DNA from: Candidatus Levyibacteriota bacterium
GTDB taxonomy: Bacteria; Patescibacteriota; Microgenomatia; Levybacterales; UBA12049
DNA: 64,000 bases
Assembly (NCBI GenBank): GCA_963790825.1
Contig: CAWBPM010000002.1
Span: forward strand, 295,159-359,158
Direction of reading: 5' to 3'
Shown here: positions 38,350 to 47,702 of the stretch, one piece after another
Position numbering within the stretch: the first letter of the stretch is position 1
Layout of the letters: each line of letters starts with the position of its first letter
Position numbers and translations under genes: made by a program
The notes under the pieces: model-generated
What the model was told of the DNA's origin: nothing
Seen by the model: the letters and a program-made list of their open reading frames with translations, nothing else
Databases searched by the model: none

Positions 38350-40065
38350 ATGGAAAACAGCGGAACACAAAGATCAAAAATAATTTACCTGGTAACAATT
38401 GTTCTAATTGGTATATTTATCCATGGAATTATTTTATTTAATGGTTTCGTTGGAGACGACACAGAGATGATACTAAATAATACCCTCATGCAGCCGATAA
38501 ATAACATTCCCACATTGTTTACTCACATCTACATAACTCCAGGTATTTCTAATGAAATCTCGGGAGCACATTACAGACCTATGATGCTTGCCTATTTCTC
38601 TCTGATCAAATCGCTCTTCGGAGCTAATCCATTCTTTTTTCATTTACCTCAGCTTCTTTTTCATATTACGAATAGCGTGTTACTATTTCTTTTCTTCACA
38701 TTCTTTTTTCGCAAAAAAGTTGCGTTTGTATTGGCGCTCGTTTTTCTTGTCCATCCGGTAAACGATGAAACTGTTGCCTATATTTCCAATCTTCAGGATA
38801 TTCTCTTTTTCTTCTTCGGTATTTTAGCTATAGTTTTATTGGCAAAACAAAATAGAGACAAATTAACTTCATTTTTCTTAGCGTTCTGTCTACTTTGCTC
38901 TTTGTTATCAAAAGAAACAGCTATTTTATTTTTTATTGTCGCCTGCTTGTACTGGATGTTTTTTATCAGGCAGAAAATAGGGTATTACATATTTATAACC
39001 CTCATTCCCTCCTGTGTTTATCTTTTCCTCCGTTTCACTTCTGCCACTGTTAATTCATTTCGTATAGAACCTTCCCCAATGATGCAATTATCTTTTCCCG
39101 AGCGATTGATCTCAATTCCCAAAGTTATATTTTATTATTTCCAGACATTTTTTTACCCTGCCCAGCTGGCGTTTTCCCAGGAATGGGTAATACACTCGGT
39201 AACGGTAAATGATTTTTATCTTCCCCTGCTATTTGATTTGTTATTTTTTCTTTTTTTTATCGGAATTGCTGTTTATCTCTATAGTTATAAGGAAAATAAG
39301 GAGGTATTTACTAAGTATTTGTTCTTCTTTTTGTGGTTTTGTGCAGGAATGCTTTTCCATATGCAACTAATTCCGCTCGACATGACCGTCGCTGACAGAT
39401 GGTTTTATTTTCCAATTGTGGGGTTACTGGGCATGATTGGAGCGATATCTATCTTATTAAAAAAACCAATTTATAAAAAGTATAAAATACCCATTTTACT
39501 GCTTGTTACTTTCATAATATGCTTATTGTCGATACGGACAATACTGCGAAATTTTGAATGGAGAGACGGCCTCACTCTTTATAGTCATGATATTACGATC
39601 TCCAAAGATTCCGCTAGATTACAAAACAACCTTGGAAACGAATTGGTCAAGAACGGTCAAATCGATGCGGCACTTCCTCATTTCCAACAAGCAGTTGAGC
39701 TTGATCCAAAATTGTGGGTCGCATGGGATAACATAGGAATTATCTATGAGAAGAAGGGACAAATTCAAAAAGCAAAAAAATATTATCAGCTAGCTATGAA
39801 AGAGAATTTTATTCCTGCGTATGAAAATATGGCACGGGTAATTTTGCAGAATGATAATAGTCCGATGCCTGCAAAAACGTTTTGCTTACAAAGTATTAAA
39901 AAATATCCGCTGGACGCAACCCTTTGGTTAACACTGTCACTGTCTGATAATCAGCTGGGAAATCATAAAAACGCGCTTTCAGAAGCAGAACATGCATACA
40001 GTCTTATCCCTGATGAGAAGACTCTGTATGTTATTCAATCCATACAGAGTACGCTGTCTAAATAA
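38350..40065 (+). CDS. TMTC-like GT-C glycosyltransferase with C-terminal TPRs
   Basis: FVGDD, HYRPM, HPVNDETVAYIS, LLSKE, ADRWFYFP, then TPR repeats. Confidence 0.85.
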   Translation: MENSGTQRSKIIYLVTIVLIGIFIHGIILFNGFVGDDTEMILNNTLMQPINNIPTLFTHIYITPGISNEISGAHYRPMMLAYFSLIKSLFGANPFFFHLPQLLFHITNSVLLFLFFTFFFRKKVAFVLALVFLVHPVNDETVAYISNLQDILFFFFGILAIVLLAKQNRDKLTSFFLAFCLLCSLLSKETAILFFIVACLYWMFFIRQKIGYYIFITLIPSCVYLFLRFTSATVNSFRIEPSPMMQLSFPERLISIPKVIFYYFQTFFYPAQLAFSQEWVIHSVTVNDFYLPLLFDLLFFLFFIGIAVYLYSYKENKEVFTKYLFFFLWFCAGMLFHMQLIPLDMTVADRWFYFPIVGLLGMIGAISILLKKPIYKKYKIPILLLVTFIICLLSIRTILRNFEWRDGLTLYSHDITISKDSARLQNNLGNELVKNGQIDAALPHFQQAVELDPKLWVAWDNIGIIYEKKGQIQKAKKYYQLAMKENFIPAYENMARVILQNDNSPMPAKTFCLQSIKKYPLDATLWLTLSLSDNQLGNHKNALSEAEHAYSLIPDEKTLYVIQSIQSTLSK

Positions 40066-40074
40066 ATATTATCT

Positions 40075-40102
40075 AGTCGGGGATACATTACCTTATCCGA
40101 AA
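40075..40102 (+). mobile_element. attP'-like half-site, tRNA-Pro type
   Basis: AGTCGG-N16-CCGAAA versus AGTCGG-N11-TTGAAC in tRNA-Pro; reads SGIHYLIRNYYLEN; ~70 bp similar to 43321-43390. Confidence 0.65.
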
Positions 40103-40234
40103 CTACTATTTAGAAAACCAAAAACGATATTCCACAGCTTTATCTATGGATTGAATTCTAATCCAGCCTCTCCAGCCGATCTTTGTCTTCTTGATACTGT
40201 AAGATGGCTTGGAAAATAGTCTTGAGACGGATAT

Positions 40235-41590
40235 CTATGTGGATGATATTCCTTTTCGTAAGGGGAAGATGACAATAAATTGCGAGCCTTGATTTTGAAT
40301 ACTCTCGACCGATATTTTACCACCCATTTTTTCTACCAGTTGTTTTGTAATCCATAGTCCCAAACCTGTTCCATATACATCTTTCGTTTTTTCATTATAT
40401 AACCGTGAAAATTTACTAAATAATTTTTGCCGGTCTTCCTCAGAGATACCTACTCCCGTGTCTCTGACAAATACCTTTATATTATTTTTTTCGATCTCAG
40501 TGTAAATAGTTACACTTCCTTCAGGTGTATATTTAAGTGCATTACTTATCAAGTTTGAGAAAATTTCAATCATTTTATTTTTATCACATAAAACCGGAAG
40601 AGGATTTTGATACGGGGTATAGATTAAGGATAAATGCTTTTCTTGGAACTGAATTTTGAAGTCAGAAATAACATTCTGTATGATGTCCCGAATGTCCGAA
40701 ACTCCTAAGTCAAACTTCACCCGTTTCTCTTCAATACGAGAAACATCAAGTAAATTTTCAACTAAAACCATAAGACGGGTTGTGCTTTCAAGCAGAATAT
40801 TTACTTGTCTTTGCAATTTATCATTTATTTTCACCAGCGGATCATTAAGTATTAACAACGTATAACCATGTATGGCAGTAAGAGGAGTGCGGAGTTCATG
40901 TGAGGCAACGGAAATAAAATCATCTTTAAGTTTATCTACTTCATTTAGTTTCTTATATAATAGCGATATTTCAAAAAATCTGAAGTGGTTCAAGAGTAAT
41001 AGCATGATAACGAACATAGTGACGGCTAATATTATGAAAGAATCCTGGGTCGTTCGATTACTCATAAGATCAATTTCTGAAGCTGAGAGATATAAATTAA
41101 CAACTGCAATTTTATTACCGGTTGCATCATGAACAACCGACACAACAAGCCAAATACGTTCAGGCTTTCCTTGTCCGACAGCTGCAAAAATTTCTTTTGA
41201 TAATGTCTGGTTAGTATCCCACGCAAGATGATTAAGTATTGAATCAGAAACTAATTGTGTCAGAGGAGATGTTGTAGCTAAAGATGAAAAATCATTTTGA
41301 TTTGGCCGAAATACTTCAATCGCTTTTATTTCCGGAAGATCTTTGATGATATCACGTACATAGCTCTGGACATCGGAATTTGTATTAATCTTTTCCTCCA
41401 GTCCCCGTGACAAAACCGTTTCAACCAGTAATGCTTTGTTTGTAAGTTCAAAATCCATATCCCGCTTTTGAGCGTTAAGCAGAAATAATGTATTTGTAGC
41501 AATTGCAATAGGAACTATAATTATGACTACTATTGCATAAATAAGCTGGGAATTATTTGATGTAATAAAAAATTTTGGGATGAATCTCAT
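40235..41590 (-). CDS. sensor histidine kinase
   Basis: ASHELRTPL, NLISNALKYT, DTGVGI, GTGLGL; two TM helices; no response regulator adjacent. Confidence 0.93.
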   Translation of the reverse strand: MRFIPKFFITSNNSQLIYAIVVIIIVPIAIATNTLFLLNAQKRDMDFELTNKALLVETVLSRGLEEKINTNSDVQSYVRDIIKDLPEIKAIEVFRPNQNDFSSLATTSPLTQLVSDSILNHLAWDTNQTLSKEIFAAVGQGKPERIWLVVSVVHDATGNKIAVVNLYLSASEIDLMSNRTTQDSFIILAVTMFVIMLLLLNHFRFFEISLLYKKLNEVDKLKDDFISVASHELRTPLTAIHGYTLLILNDPLVKINDKLQRQVNILLESTTRLMVLVENLLDVSRIEEKRVKFDLGVSDIRDIIQNVISDFKIQFQEKHLSLIYTPYQNPLPVLCDKNKMIEIFSNLISNALKYTPEGSVTIYTEIEKNNIKVFVRDTGVGISEEDRQKLFSKFSRLYNEKTKDVYGTGLGLWITKQLVEKMGGKISVESIQNQGSQFIVIFPLRKGISST

Positions 41591-43095
41591 GGTTTATAAA
41601 GTGAATCTATTTTTTTAAATTGAAATATGGCATATAGAACTGCAAGTGATACTAAGATTGCTGTTACAGTTAGGATAATGAAGTTTTGTATGGCTGAATC
41701 TTCACTGGTTGAAGCAAGCTCCAAACTTTGATTATCCCTGCTCGCCGCAAACGCAGAAGTTATAAAAAATGTTGCAATCTGTGATCTGATTTTTGTCCCA
41801 TCCGGTCTTGATACGACAGCATAGGTTGTATGTTTTCCAGGATCAAGTGGCTTCTCTAGATCATAGGTCCATACCCCGTTTGCGTCAGTTTTCACGGTCA
41901 CGATGAGAGGATTTGAATAAATCAAAAGCGTAATAATATAATTCGGGACTGATTTCCCTGTTATGGTAAGTGCTGTTTTATTTTGTACTTGTGTATTTTT
42001 AATCGTTGTAATACCGGTTTTTGTATCCACTGGAAAAGTGAGAGTATTAAAACGGGACGGTAGAATTATAGTTCTCTCAGTATTTAACTCCCCATTTTGT
42101 TGATTCGCAACTGTTATTTCGATTGAAGGAATAAGTATTTTTGTACCTGTGTTGCTTGATGCAACCGCATTCAGTACGTATTGTCCGTTTGGAGTATTTG
42201 TTGTATCCCAGCTAAATTTTGTTGATGTTGCATTGTCCGGAATGAAAGCTTGACCTAAATATAAATATCCTGTGTCATTATTGACTAAAACTTTGAGTCC
42301 AATATCAACTGAGGAGTTTCCTATACCACTTATGTTTAATACTATTGATTTATTTACTGTTTGTCCATTTTTAAGATTTTGTATGAAATAACTGGGTGCT
42401 GTCTCGATCTGACTGGGTGAGGTATAGCTGTTTGGTAATACCGCTATTGTTGGCGTGACCACATCAATGGTATTCCAGAATTGGCCAACAACAGGAGTGG
42501 GGGTAGGCGCAGCAAGCAAGGTATTTACTGTACTAAGTGTCGGTGTTGGAAGTAATGATGAGTAAGGAGTGGGAGACCATGTGGGTGTGGGAAAGTAATA
42601 AGAGCTCTGTGTTGGTATCAAGGTTACTGTTGGAGGATATATTATTGGAGTACTTGTTGGTGAGGGTATATTTGTTGGTGTGGCAGTAGGCTGCTGTATA
42701 CAGCAAACTTGTTGAGTTGTTCCGCCCGGTATATCAGAACAATCAGATGGGCCGGTATTTGTTTCACTACCGGAACATGACTGTGCGCAATGTCCTCCGG
42801 TTGCACTGCACTGTGTGCCGGTATATCCCCCGACGCAGCAAACTGCTGTACCACCATTACCATTACTATCGGTACAACTATAATTACTATCAACTGATCC
42901 GCCATCCGGTCCGGGACAATGAACCGGATTTACACATTTTCCGCCGCTGCTATTTCCGCACATATTGGTAGAAGATAACACCTGCGAAGCTATATTCGGA
43001 GAAGTGGATTTAGAATTAGAATGTGAGAGAAGGAAAATAAAAAATAGCTCAATGCAGATGAGGCAAATGATTAGTAAGAGCATAATTCTTTTCAT
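41587..43095 (-). CDS. surface protein with Cys-rich repeats, Pro/Thr linker, Ig-like domains and C-terminal anchor
   Basis: Two C..GG.C...CC modules; WDTT..PNGQY; TDANGVWTY..PLDPGKH; C-terminal TM segment. Confidence 0.75.
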   Translation of the reverse strand: MKRIMLLLIICLICIELFFIFLLSHSNSKSTSPNIASQVLSSTNMCGNSSGGKCVNPVHCPGPDGGSVDSNYSCTDSNGNGGTAVCCVGGYTGTQCSATGGHCAQSCSGSETNTGPSDCSDIPGGTTQQVCCIQQPTATPTNIPSPTSTPIIYPPTVTLIPTQSSYYFPTPTWSPTPYSSLLPTPTLSTVNTLLAAPTPTPVVGQFWNTIDVVTPTIAVLPNSYTSPSQIETAPSYFIQNLKNGQTVNKSIVLNISGIGNSSVDIGLKVLVNNDTGYLYLGQAFIPDNATSTKFSWDTTNTPNGQYVLNAVASSNTGTKILIPSIEITVANQQNGELNTERTIILPSRFNTLTFPVDTKTGITTIKNTQVQNKTALTITGKSVPNYIITLLIYSNPLIVTVKTDANGVWTYDLEKPLDPGKHTTYAVVSRPDGTKIRSQIATFFITSAFAASRDNQSLELASTSEDSAIQNFIILTVTAILVSLAVLYAIFQFKKIDSLYKP

Positions 43096-43324
43096 AATTT
43101 AATAATGAGTTATCTATAAATAAAAAGCAAGAAAGAATTAGTATTAAACAATTCTTGAACTTATCAAAAATATATTGCCACAGTAGTCCAAATGGTTAAT
43201 CCTGTAGTTAAAGATACTATTTGTCGTTTTATTTTCTGAACTTTACTGCGGACGGAGAGAAAGTACTATCACACCAAGCTAAAGAACTATTTGCAACCCT
43301 TTAAAACTGAGTTCTCTGTTATCT

Positions 43325-43352
43325 AGCCGGGGATACAGTATGATATTCGGAA
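43325..43352 (+). mobile_element. attP'-like half-site, tRNA-Pro type
   Basis: AGCCGG-N16-TCGGAA; reads PGIQYDIRNFYLENPNDIPKL. Confidence 0.65.
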
Positions 43353-43419
43353 CTTCTATCTGGAAAACCCTAACGATATTCCAAAGCTCTTTTTAGTTTC
43401 TTATGTTTTAGTAAAAATC

Positions 43420-43930
43420 TTATCCTCTATTTTTGTTTAAATATTTTCTTGTTATAAACAATATTACAGGTATAAAGATATAACTAATCAATCCTATAAT
43501 TACTAAATTATAATTATGGCGGTAATATGCTGAATTAAAATATTGAACAATAAAGAATGAACCACCAATGAATAAATAGATAAATAGAAGAATTATATGA
43601 CTCCAAATCCACCTTATCCTAGTTTTAATACTTGTGAATTTAGTTGATAAAAAGTAGGCATATATTATTCCTAATCCGTATGTAATAAATTGCCAATATA
43701 TAGGAATAGAAAAATAATCTCCACCATATCCAAATATATTTCCTAATTGTTGAATAATTATTATTGGAAGAAAAAATAATGCTTTTAGAAATATTATGAT
43801 ACCAATTAGTATGTTGAATAGGGGAATGGTTCTTAAGCTAATATAGTAAACATTAGTATTAATTGTGAAAAATATATCAATAGATAATATTAATACAAAA
43901 AAATAGGAACAGAATTAGTTTATTACTCAT
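43420..43930 (-). pseudogene. frameshifted membrane protein gene (not in ORF track)
   Basis: 511 bp from ATG to TAA; removing one T from the T7 run near 43897-43903 gives a continuous ~169-aa hydrophobic ORF. Confidence 0.65.
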
Positions 43931-44027
43931 TATTTACATTATTGCACAAAATTAGGTGAATACAAGTATAAAAGACAGGATTTATATATTGGATAACCTT
44001 TTCTTTTATAAAGCTAACTGAGTAAAG

Positions 44028-44101
44028 TCGGGGACAAAGGACTTGAACCTTCGACCTCGCGGTCCCAAACCGCGCGCTCTAGCCAACTGAGCTAGTCCCC
44101 G
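44028..44101 (-). tRNA. tRNA-Pro(TGG)
   Basis: CGGGGAC/GTCCCCG acceptor, CGCGG-TTTGGGA-CCGCG anticodon arm, TTCAAGT T-loop. Confidence 0.95.
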
Positions 44102-44227
44102 AGTAGCAAGTGTATTATACAATAAGGTAAAGGTGAAAGAAACAGTAGGTGACTGAGTAGCAGGCAAAACATTATTTCAACAAATATAAGAAGCAAAAGA
44201 AAAGTAGTATTAAATCAAAGGCCTCAA

Positions 44228-44674
44228 TCACCGGGTCCTCGGAAGAGTCCGCTTATAATAATCGTGTATCGCTATTTTATAAACCTTTCTACGTTGCTCT
44301 TCCGTCAGCGAGGTAAAATTTCGGGTATACCTTTCGGGTACCGGTAAATATTCAAATTCACCTTTAATAAGATCAGCTTCTTGAGTAGCAGCATCATTAA
44401 TTTCCACTCTGAAAAGAGCACCAGGTTTTCGCTGTGTTTCCTGAATATATTCACTACTAATAATAAAAGTATTACCAAGGGTTTCATTAGATAAAAAGGG
44501 GAAAGATACGATTGTCATGCCGTCTGACTGATTTTCTTTGGACCCAAAAGATATTATAGTAGCTACAGTAGGCCACCTACGCTCAGGCCGCTGGGGTAAC
44601 GGTTCTACGCGAGAAACCCCACCAGCAGAATTTCTAAAACCAGAGCTCTCAAGTTCTTTTGCTAATATAGCCAT
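44228..44674 (-). CDS. hypothetical protein
   Basis: 148-aa ORF. Confidence 0.55.
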   Translation of the reverse strand: MAILAKELESSGFRNSAGGVSRVEPLPQRPERRWPTVATIISFGSKENQSDGMTIVSFPFLSNETLGNTFIISSEYIQETQRKPGALFRVEINDAATQEADLIKGEFEYLPVPERYTRNFTSLTEEQRRKVYKIAIHDYYKRTLPRTR

Positions 44675-44768
44675 TAGTATTAATATTATTAAAGTTATAT
44701 AAGTATAAAATTAAAGGAGGGTATGAAAATTGTAATATTTTGAGGAGTAATTATTTACCAAGACATCT

Positions 44769-44796
44769 GGTACCCCCTATGGGACGATATTCGAAC
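44769..44796 (+). mobile_element. attP'-like half-site
   Basis: GGTACC-N16-TCGAAC; reads WYPLWDDIRTHIQ*LGPTEKEFMLKNIK*. Confidence 0.7.
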
Positions 44797-44879
44797 CCAT
44801 ATTCAATAACTTGGTCCTACAGAAAAAGAGTTTATGTTGAAAAATATTAAATGAGGGAAACTATGAAGAAATGTGTATA

Positions 44880-45080
44880 TTATTTTGCTTTATTTGCTCT
44901 TCCTCTCCAAAGAAAACTACCAAACAACATCATAACTCCTACAACTATTCCTGCTACAAGTACTGGCATACCAGCTGCTCCAGATGATAGTGAACATAAA
45001 CCCAATATTATTGCAACTACACCTGCGCCTAATGTAAGACCCGCCATATATATTGCTTTTTCTCGTGGTGTATTTCCCAT
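44880..45080 (-). CDS. small two-TM protein
   Basis: 66 aa, two hydrophobic helices; TTGACA and CATAAT upstream. Confidence 0.6.
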   Translation of the reverse strand: MGNTPREKAIYMAGLTLGAGVVAIILGLCSLSSGAAGMPVLVAGIVVGVMMLFGSFLWRGRANKAK

Positions 45081-45153
45081 GTTTTGATTATGGTATACGA
45101 TATTTTAAATGTCAATAGAAGAGTTTTGAAAACCCAAATATATTATAGGTCTT

Positions 45154-45181
45154 GGTACCCCATATGGAACGATGTCCGAAC
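45154..45181 (+). mobile_element. attP'-like half-site
   Basis: GGTACC-N16-CCGAAC; reads WYPIWNDVRTYVASLESKEKTELLLILQKNKTG*. Confidence 0.7.
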
Positions 45182-45259
45182 CTACGTAGCCTCACTTGAG
45201 TCTAAAGAAAAGACCGAATTGTTGCTAATTCTACAAAAAAATAAAACGGGATAAATCTA

Positions 45260-46198
45260 TTAGCTTTTATGTTGTTTAACAAAATTATCAAGATCTGCTT
45301 TTTCAATACGAATAAATTTTCCGCCTAATTTTACAGCTTTTAGTTTATTACTTCTAACATACCTTCTAACGCTTTCCGGATCAATCTGAAGTATTCTTGC
45401 CACCTCAATGGTTGTATAAAAAATTTGATTTTGTTGCTTTAACGAAATTGATTCCTGCGGCTTGAATGCTTCTAGGTAAATATCCAAAGATCTATTTATC
45501 GCATCATAGATTAATTCATAGTATGCGTTCATCTGTTCTTTTGTTTGCCCTATTTCCAGTGCAGTAAGATATCTATTTCTTTCTTCTTTTTTAATAATTG
45601 CAGGAGGAAAACCTGTCTGGATTAAGATAAAATTCATTAAAAGTCTGGCTGTCCGACCATTACCATCAGTAAACGGATGAATAGTTACCAGTTTAAAATG
45701 AGCATCACTAGCTAATTGTACTGGATTATCATTTGCAGTTCGTAACCATTGCACAAATTCGTTCATTAAGTCTGGTACCTTTAATGGGTTAGGAAGAATA
45801 GTTGTTGAGCCGGCTATTCTAACCGGAGTACTTCGTAATCTTCCAGCATTTGTATCATCAATTTTTTCTAATATAATTCTATGAATCTGCAGAATATCTT
45901 GAAATGTCAGTTCTTCTCTCTTTTTTTGCCGGGCTAGTCCTTGAATATAGGAAAAAGCCTTTGCATGATTAATTGCCTCTAAATGTTCATTTAGACTTTT
46001 ACCTTCCACTGTAATCCCTTTTTCCACAACAAGAGCAGTCTCTTGCCGAGATAGCGTATTCCCTTCAATTGCATTTGAAGTATAAGTTAATTCAACCCTA
46101 TACCACTCTTCAAGGTTATTTTCTATTGTCTTTGAAAAGGGTTTATAGCTATCCAAAAGGGATTTTTTTAGAAGAAGATCTTTTAGAATTTCATTCAT
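45260..46198 (-). CDS. Fic family protein with C-terminal excisionase-like HTH
   Basis: SNAIEGN inhibitory motif, HPFTDGNGRTAR, C-terminal YTTIEVARILQI...VRRYVRSNKLKAVKLGG.FIRI. Confidence 0.9.
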   Translation of the reverse strand: MNEILKDLLLKKSLLDSYKPFSKTIENNLEEWYRVELTYTSNAIEGNTLSRQETALVVEKGITVEGKSLNEHLEAINHAKAFSYIQGLARQKKREELTFQDILQIHRIILEKIDDTNAGRLRSTPVRIAGSTTILPNPLKVPDLMNEFVQWLRTANDNPVQLASDAHFKLVTIHPFTDGNGRTARLLMNFILIQTGFPPAIIKKEERNRYLTALEIGQTKEQMNAYYELIYDAINRSLDIYLEAFKPQESISLKQQNQIFYTTIEVARILQIDPESVRRYVRSNKLKAVKLGGKFIRIEKADLDNFVKQHKS

Positions 46199-46284
46199 AC
46201 ATTGCTATTTTATACTACTTAAGACGACTTGTCAAGGATAAAAGTAGCATTGTATAGTAATGAATAGCAATAAGCCTATAATGG

Positions 46285-46383
46285 TGTACCCCTGGTGCAA
46301 ATTGCTTCGAACCCCTGCTGGCTCATTTTAATAATTTGATGGAGGCTTATCAAGCTGCCGGAGAGGAGACTAGGCATGAATAA
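46285..46383 (+). mobile_element. attP'-like half-site with integrase-tail ORF
   Basis: TGTACC-N16-TCGAAC; reads CTPGANCFEPLLAHFNNLMEAYQAAGEETRHE*; overlaps the PLD start. Confidence 0.7.
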
Positions 46384-46825
46384 CCTTCTTATTTCCCAAT
46401 TATTCGATGAGACAACCTTCTATGAACAGTTCATACATGATTTAGAAAAGTGCCAACAAGAGGTTATAATCGAAAGCCCGTTTATCACAACTGATAGAGC
46501 ACAACTATTTTTGCCGATTTTTCAACGCCTGCTGGATAAAGGAACCAAAATTTACATAGTTACCAGAGATCCGAAAGAACATTTTGAGGGAATGGAGGTT
46601 CAGTCTGAAGCAATTATACGAAAGTTTGAAGAAATGGGAGTCCAGACATTTCTCTGTTTAGGCAATCATCACCGGAAACTTGCGATTCTTGATAAACAAA
46701 TACTTTGGGAGGGAAGCTTGAATATCCTCTCTCAAACACATAGTATGGAAATTATGCGAAGAATTGATAATGACAGCCTAACTTTAGAAATGTTTCGCTT
46801 TCTTAAATTTTACAAATATATCTGA
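46376..46825 (+). CDS. stand-alone phospholipase D-like (HKD) domain protein, putative nuclease
   Basis: IIESPFIT, HRKLAILD, WEGSLN; paralog of 26644-27102. Confidence 0.85.
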   Translation: MNNLLISQLFDETTFYEQFIHDLEKCQQEVIIESPFITTDRAQLFLPIFQRLLDKGTKIYIVTRDPKEHFEGMEVQSEAIIRKFEEMGVQTFLCLGNHHRKLAILDKQILWEGSLNILSQTHSMEIMRRIDNDSLTLEMFRFLKFYKYI

Positions 46826-46864
46826 GATTTCTGGTTGAATATGTGGGAATTATTTATCGAAAGA

Positions 46865-47458
46865 CTATGCTTGTTGACTCTTGATAAAATCTTCAAGCTC
46901 TTGAAGAGGATTATTGCCATATTTTTCTTTGAAGTATTCCCCTTGTAATACTAATCCTTGTAATTCATGTGGTTGCAACATGTACTTAATTCCATTGTTA
47001 CCAGAACCAGGTTGTATTCTTTTTTCTTGAGGTGGTAACACAGCTAGTCCTCCTACATCAGCTTTATCTTGTAACCAATGAAGGGTTTCTTCTACGCCAA
47101 AACTCTCATAATACTGTCTTACTGTTAGTTGTGGCTTTATTGGGATATCACTACCATAATCTTCTACTATGGTTGCTGATAAATCCATTCCATCTAATTT
47201 TCTTAGCTCGTCAACTTGTAGCCCGATAAGCTTTTCTCCATTTTCAATTTTTACGAAACCATTTATTCCTGTCATAGAACCCGTATGTTCACCTATCTTA
47301 AGCTTAGGACTATCTGCTCGCTGGTACCTTTTTAACACCCATTTCATTCCAGAATCGAGTCCCATTAGCGCTTCGTTTAAAACGGGCGCTTCTGCACTTA
47401 GATTATAGTGCTGTTTGAGACTATTTATTACTCCTTCATAAGGCGCAGGGGATTCCAT
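46865..47458 (-). CDS. hypothetical protein
   Basis: 197-aa ORF; EETLHWLQ...HELQG loosely resembles a zincin-type site. Confidence 0.6.
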   Translation of the reverse strand: MESPAPYEGVINSLKQHYNLSAEAPVLNEALMGLDSGMKWVLKRYQRADSPKLKIGEHTGSMTGINGFVKIENGEKLIGLQVDELRKLDGMDLSATIVEDYGSDIPIKPQLTVRQYYESFGVEETLHWLQDKADVGGLAVLPPQEKRIQPGSGNNGIKYMLQPHELQGLVLQGEYFKEKYGNNPLQELEDFIKSQQA

Positions 47459-47702
47459 ATTACATATTAGTAGTATACCAAAATATAATAATGATATTTT
47501 TAGATTCTACATATTCAACTACGCATCCAGTTTAAAAACACACTAGAAAATAAGTTTTCGAACATCCCATAAAGTGTTCGAGTCCCTCCAGGATTAGCCC
47601 TTCTTTGAGGCCATGAAAAATAAGATTAAATTTGAGGACTAATTAGTAGATTAGCCCGTTATATCAATCTATTCGAGGTATTGACAAAGACATCGTCCCC
47701 TT

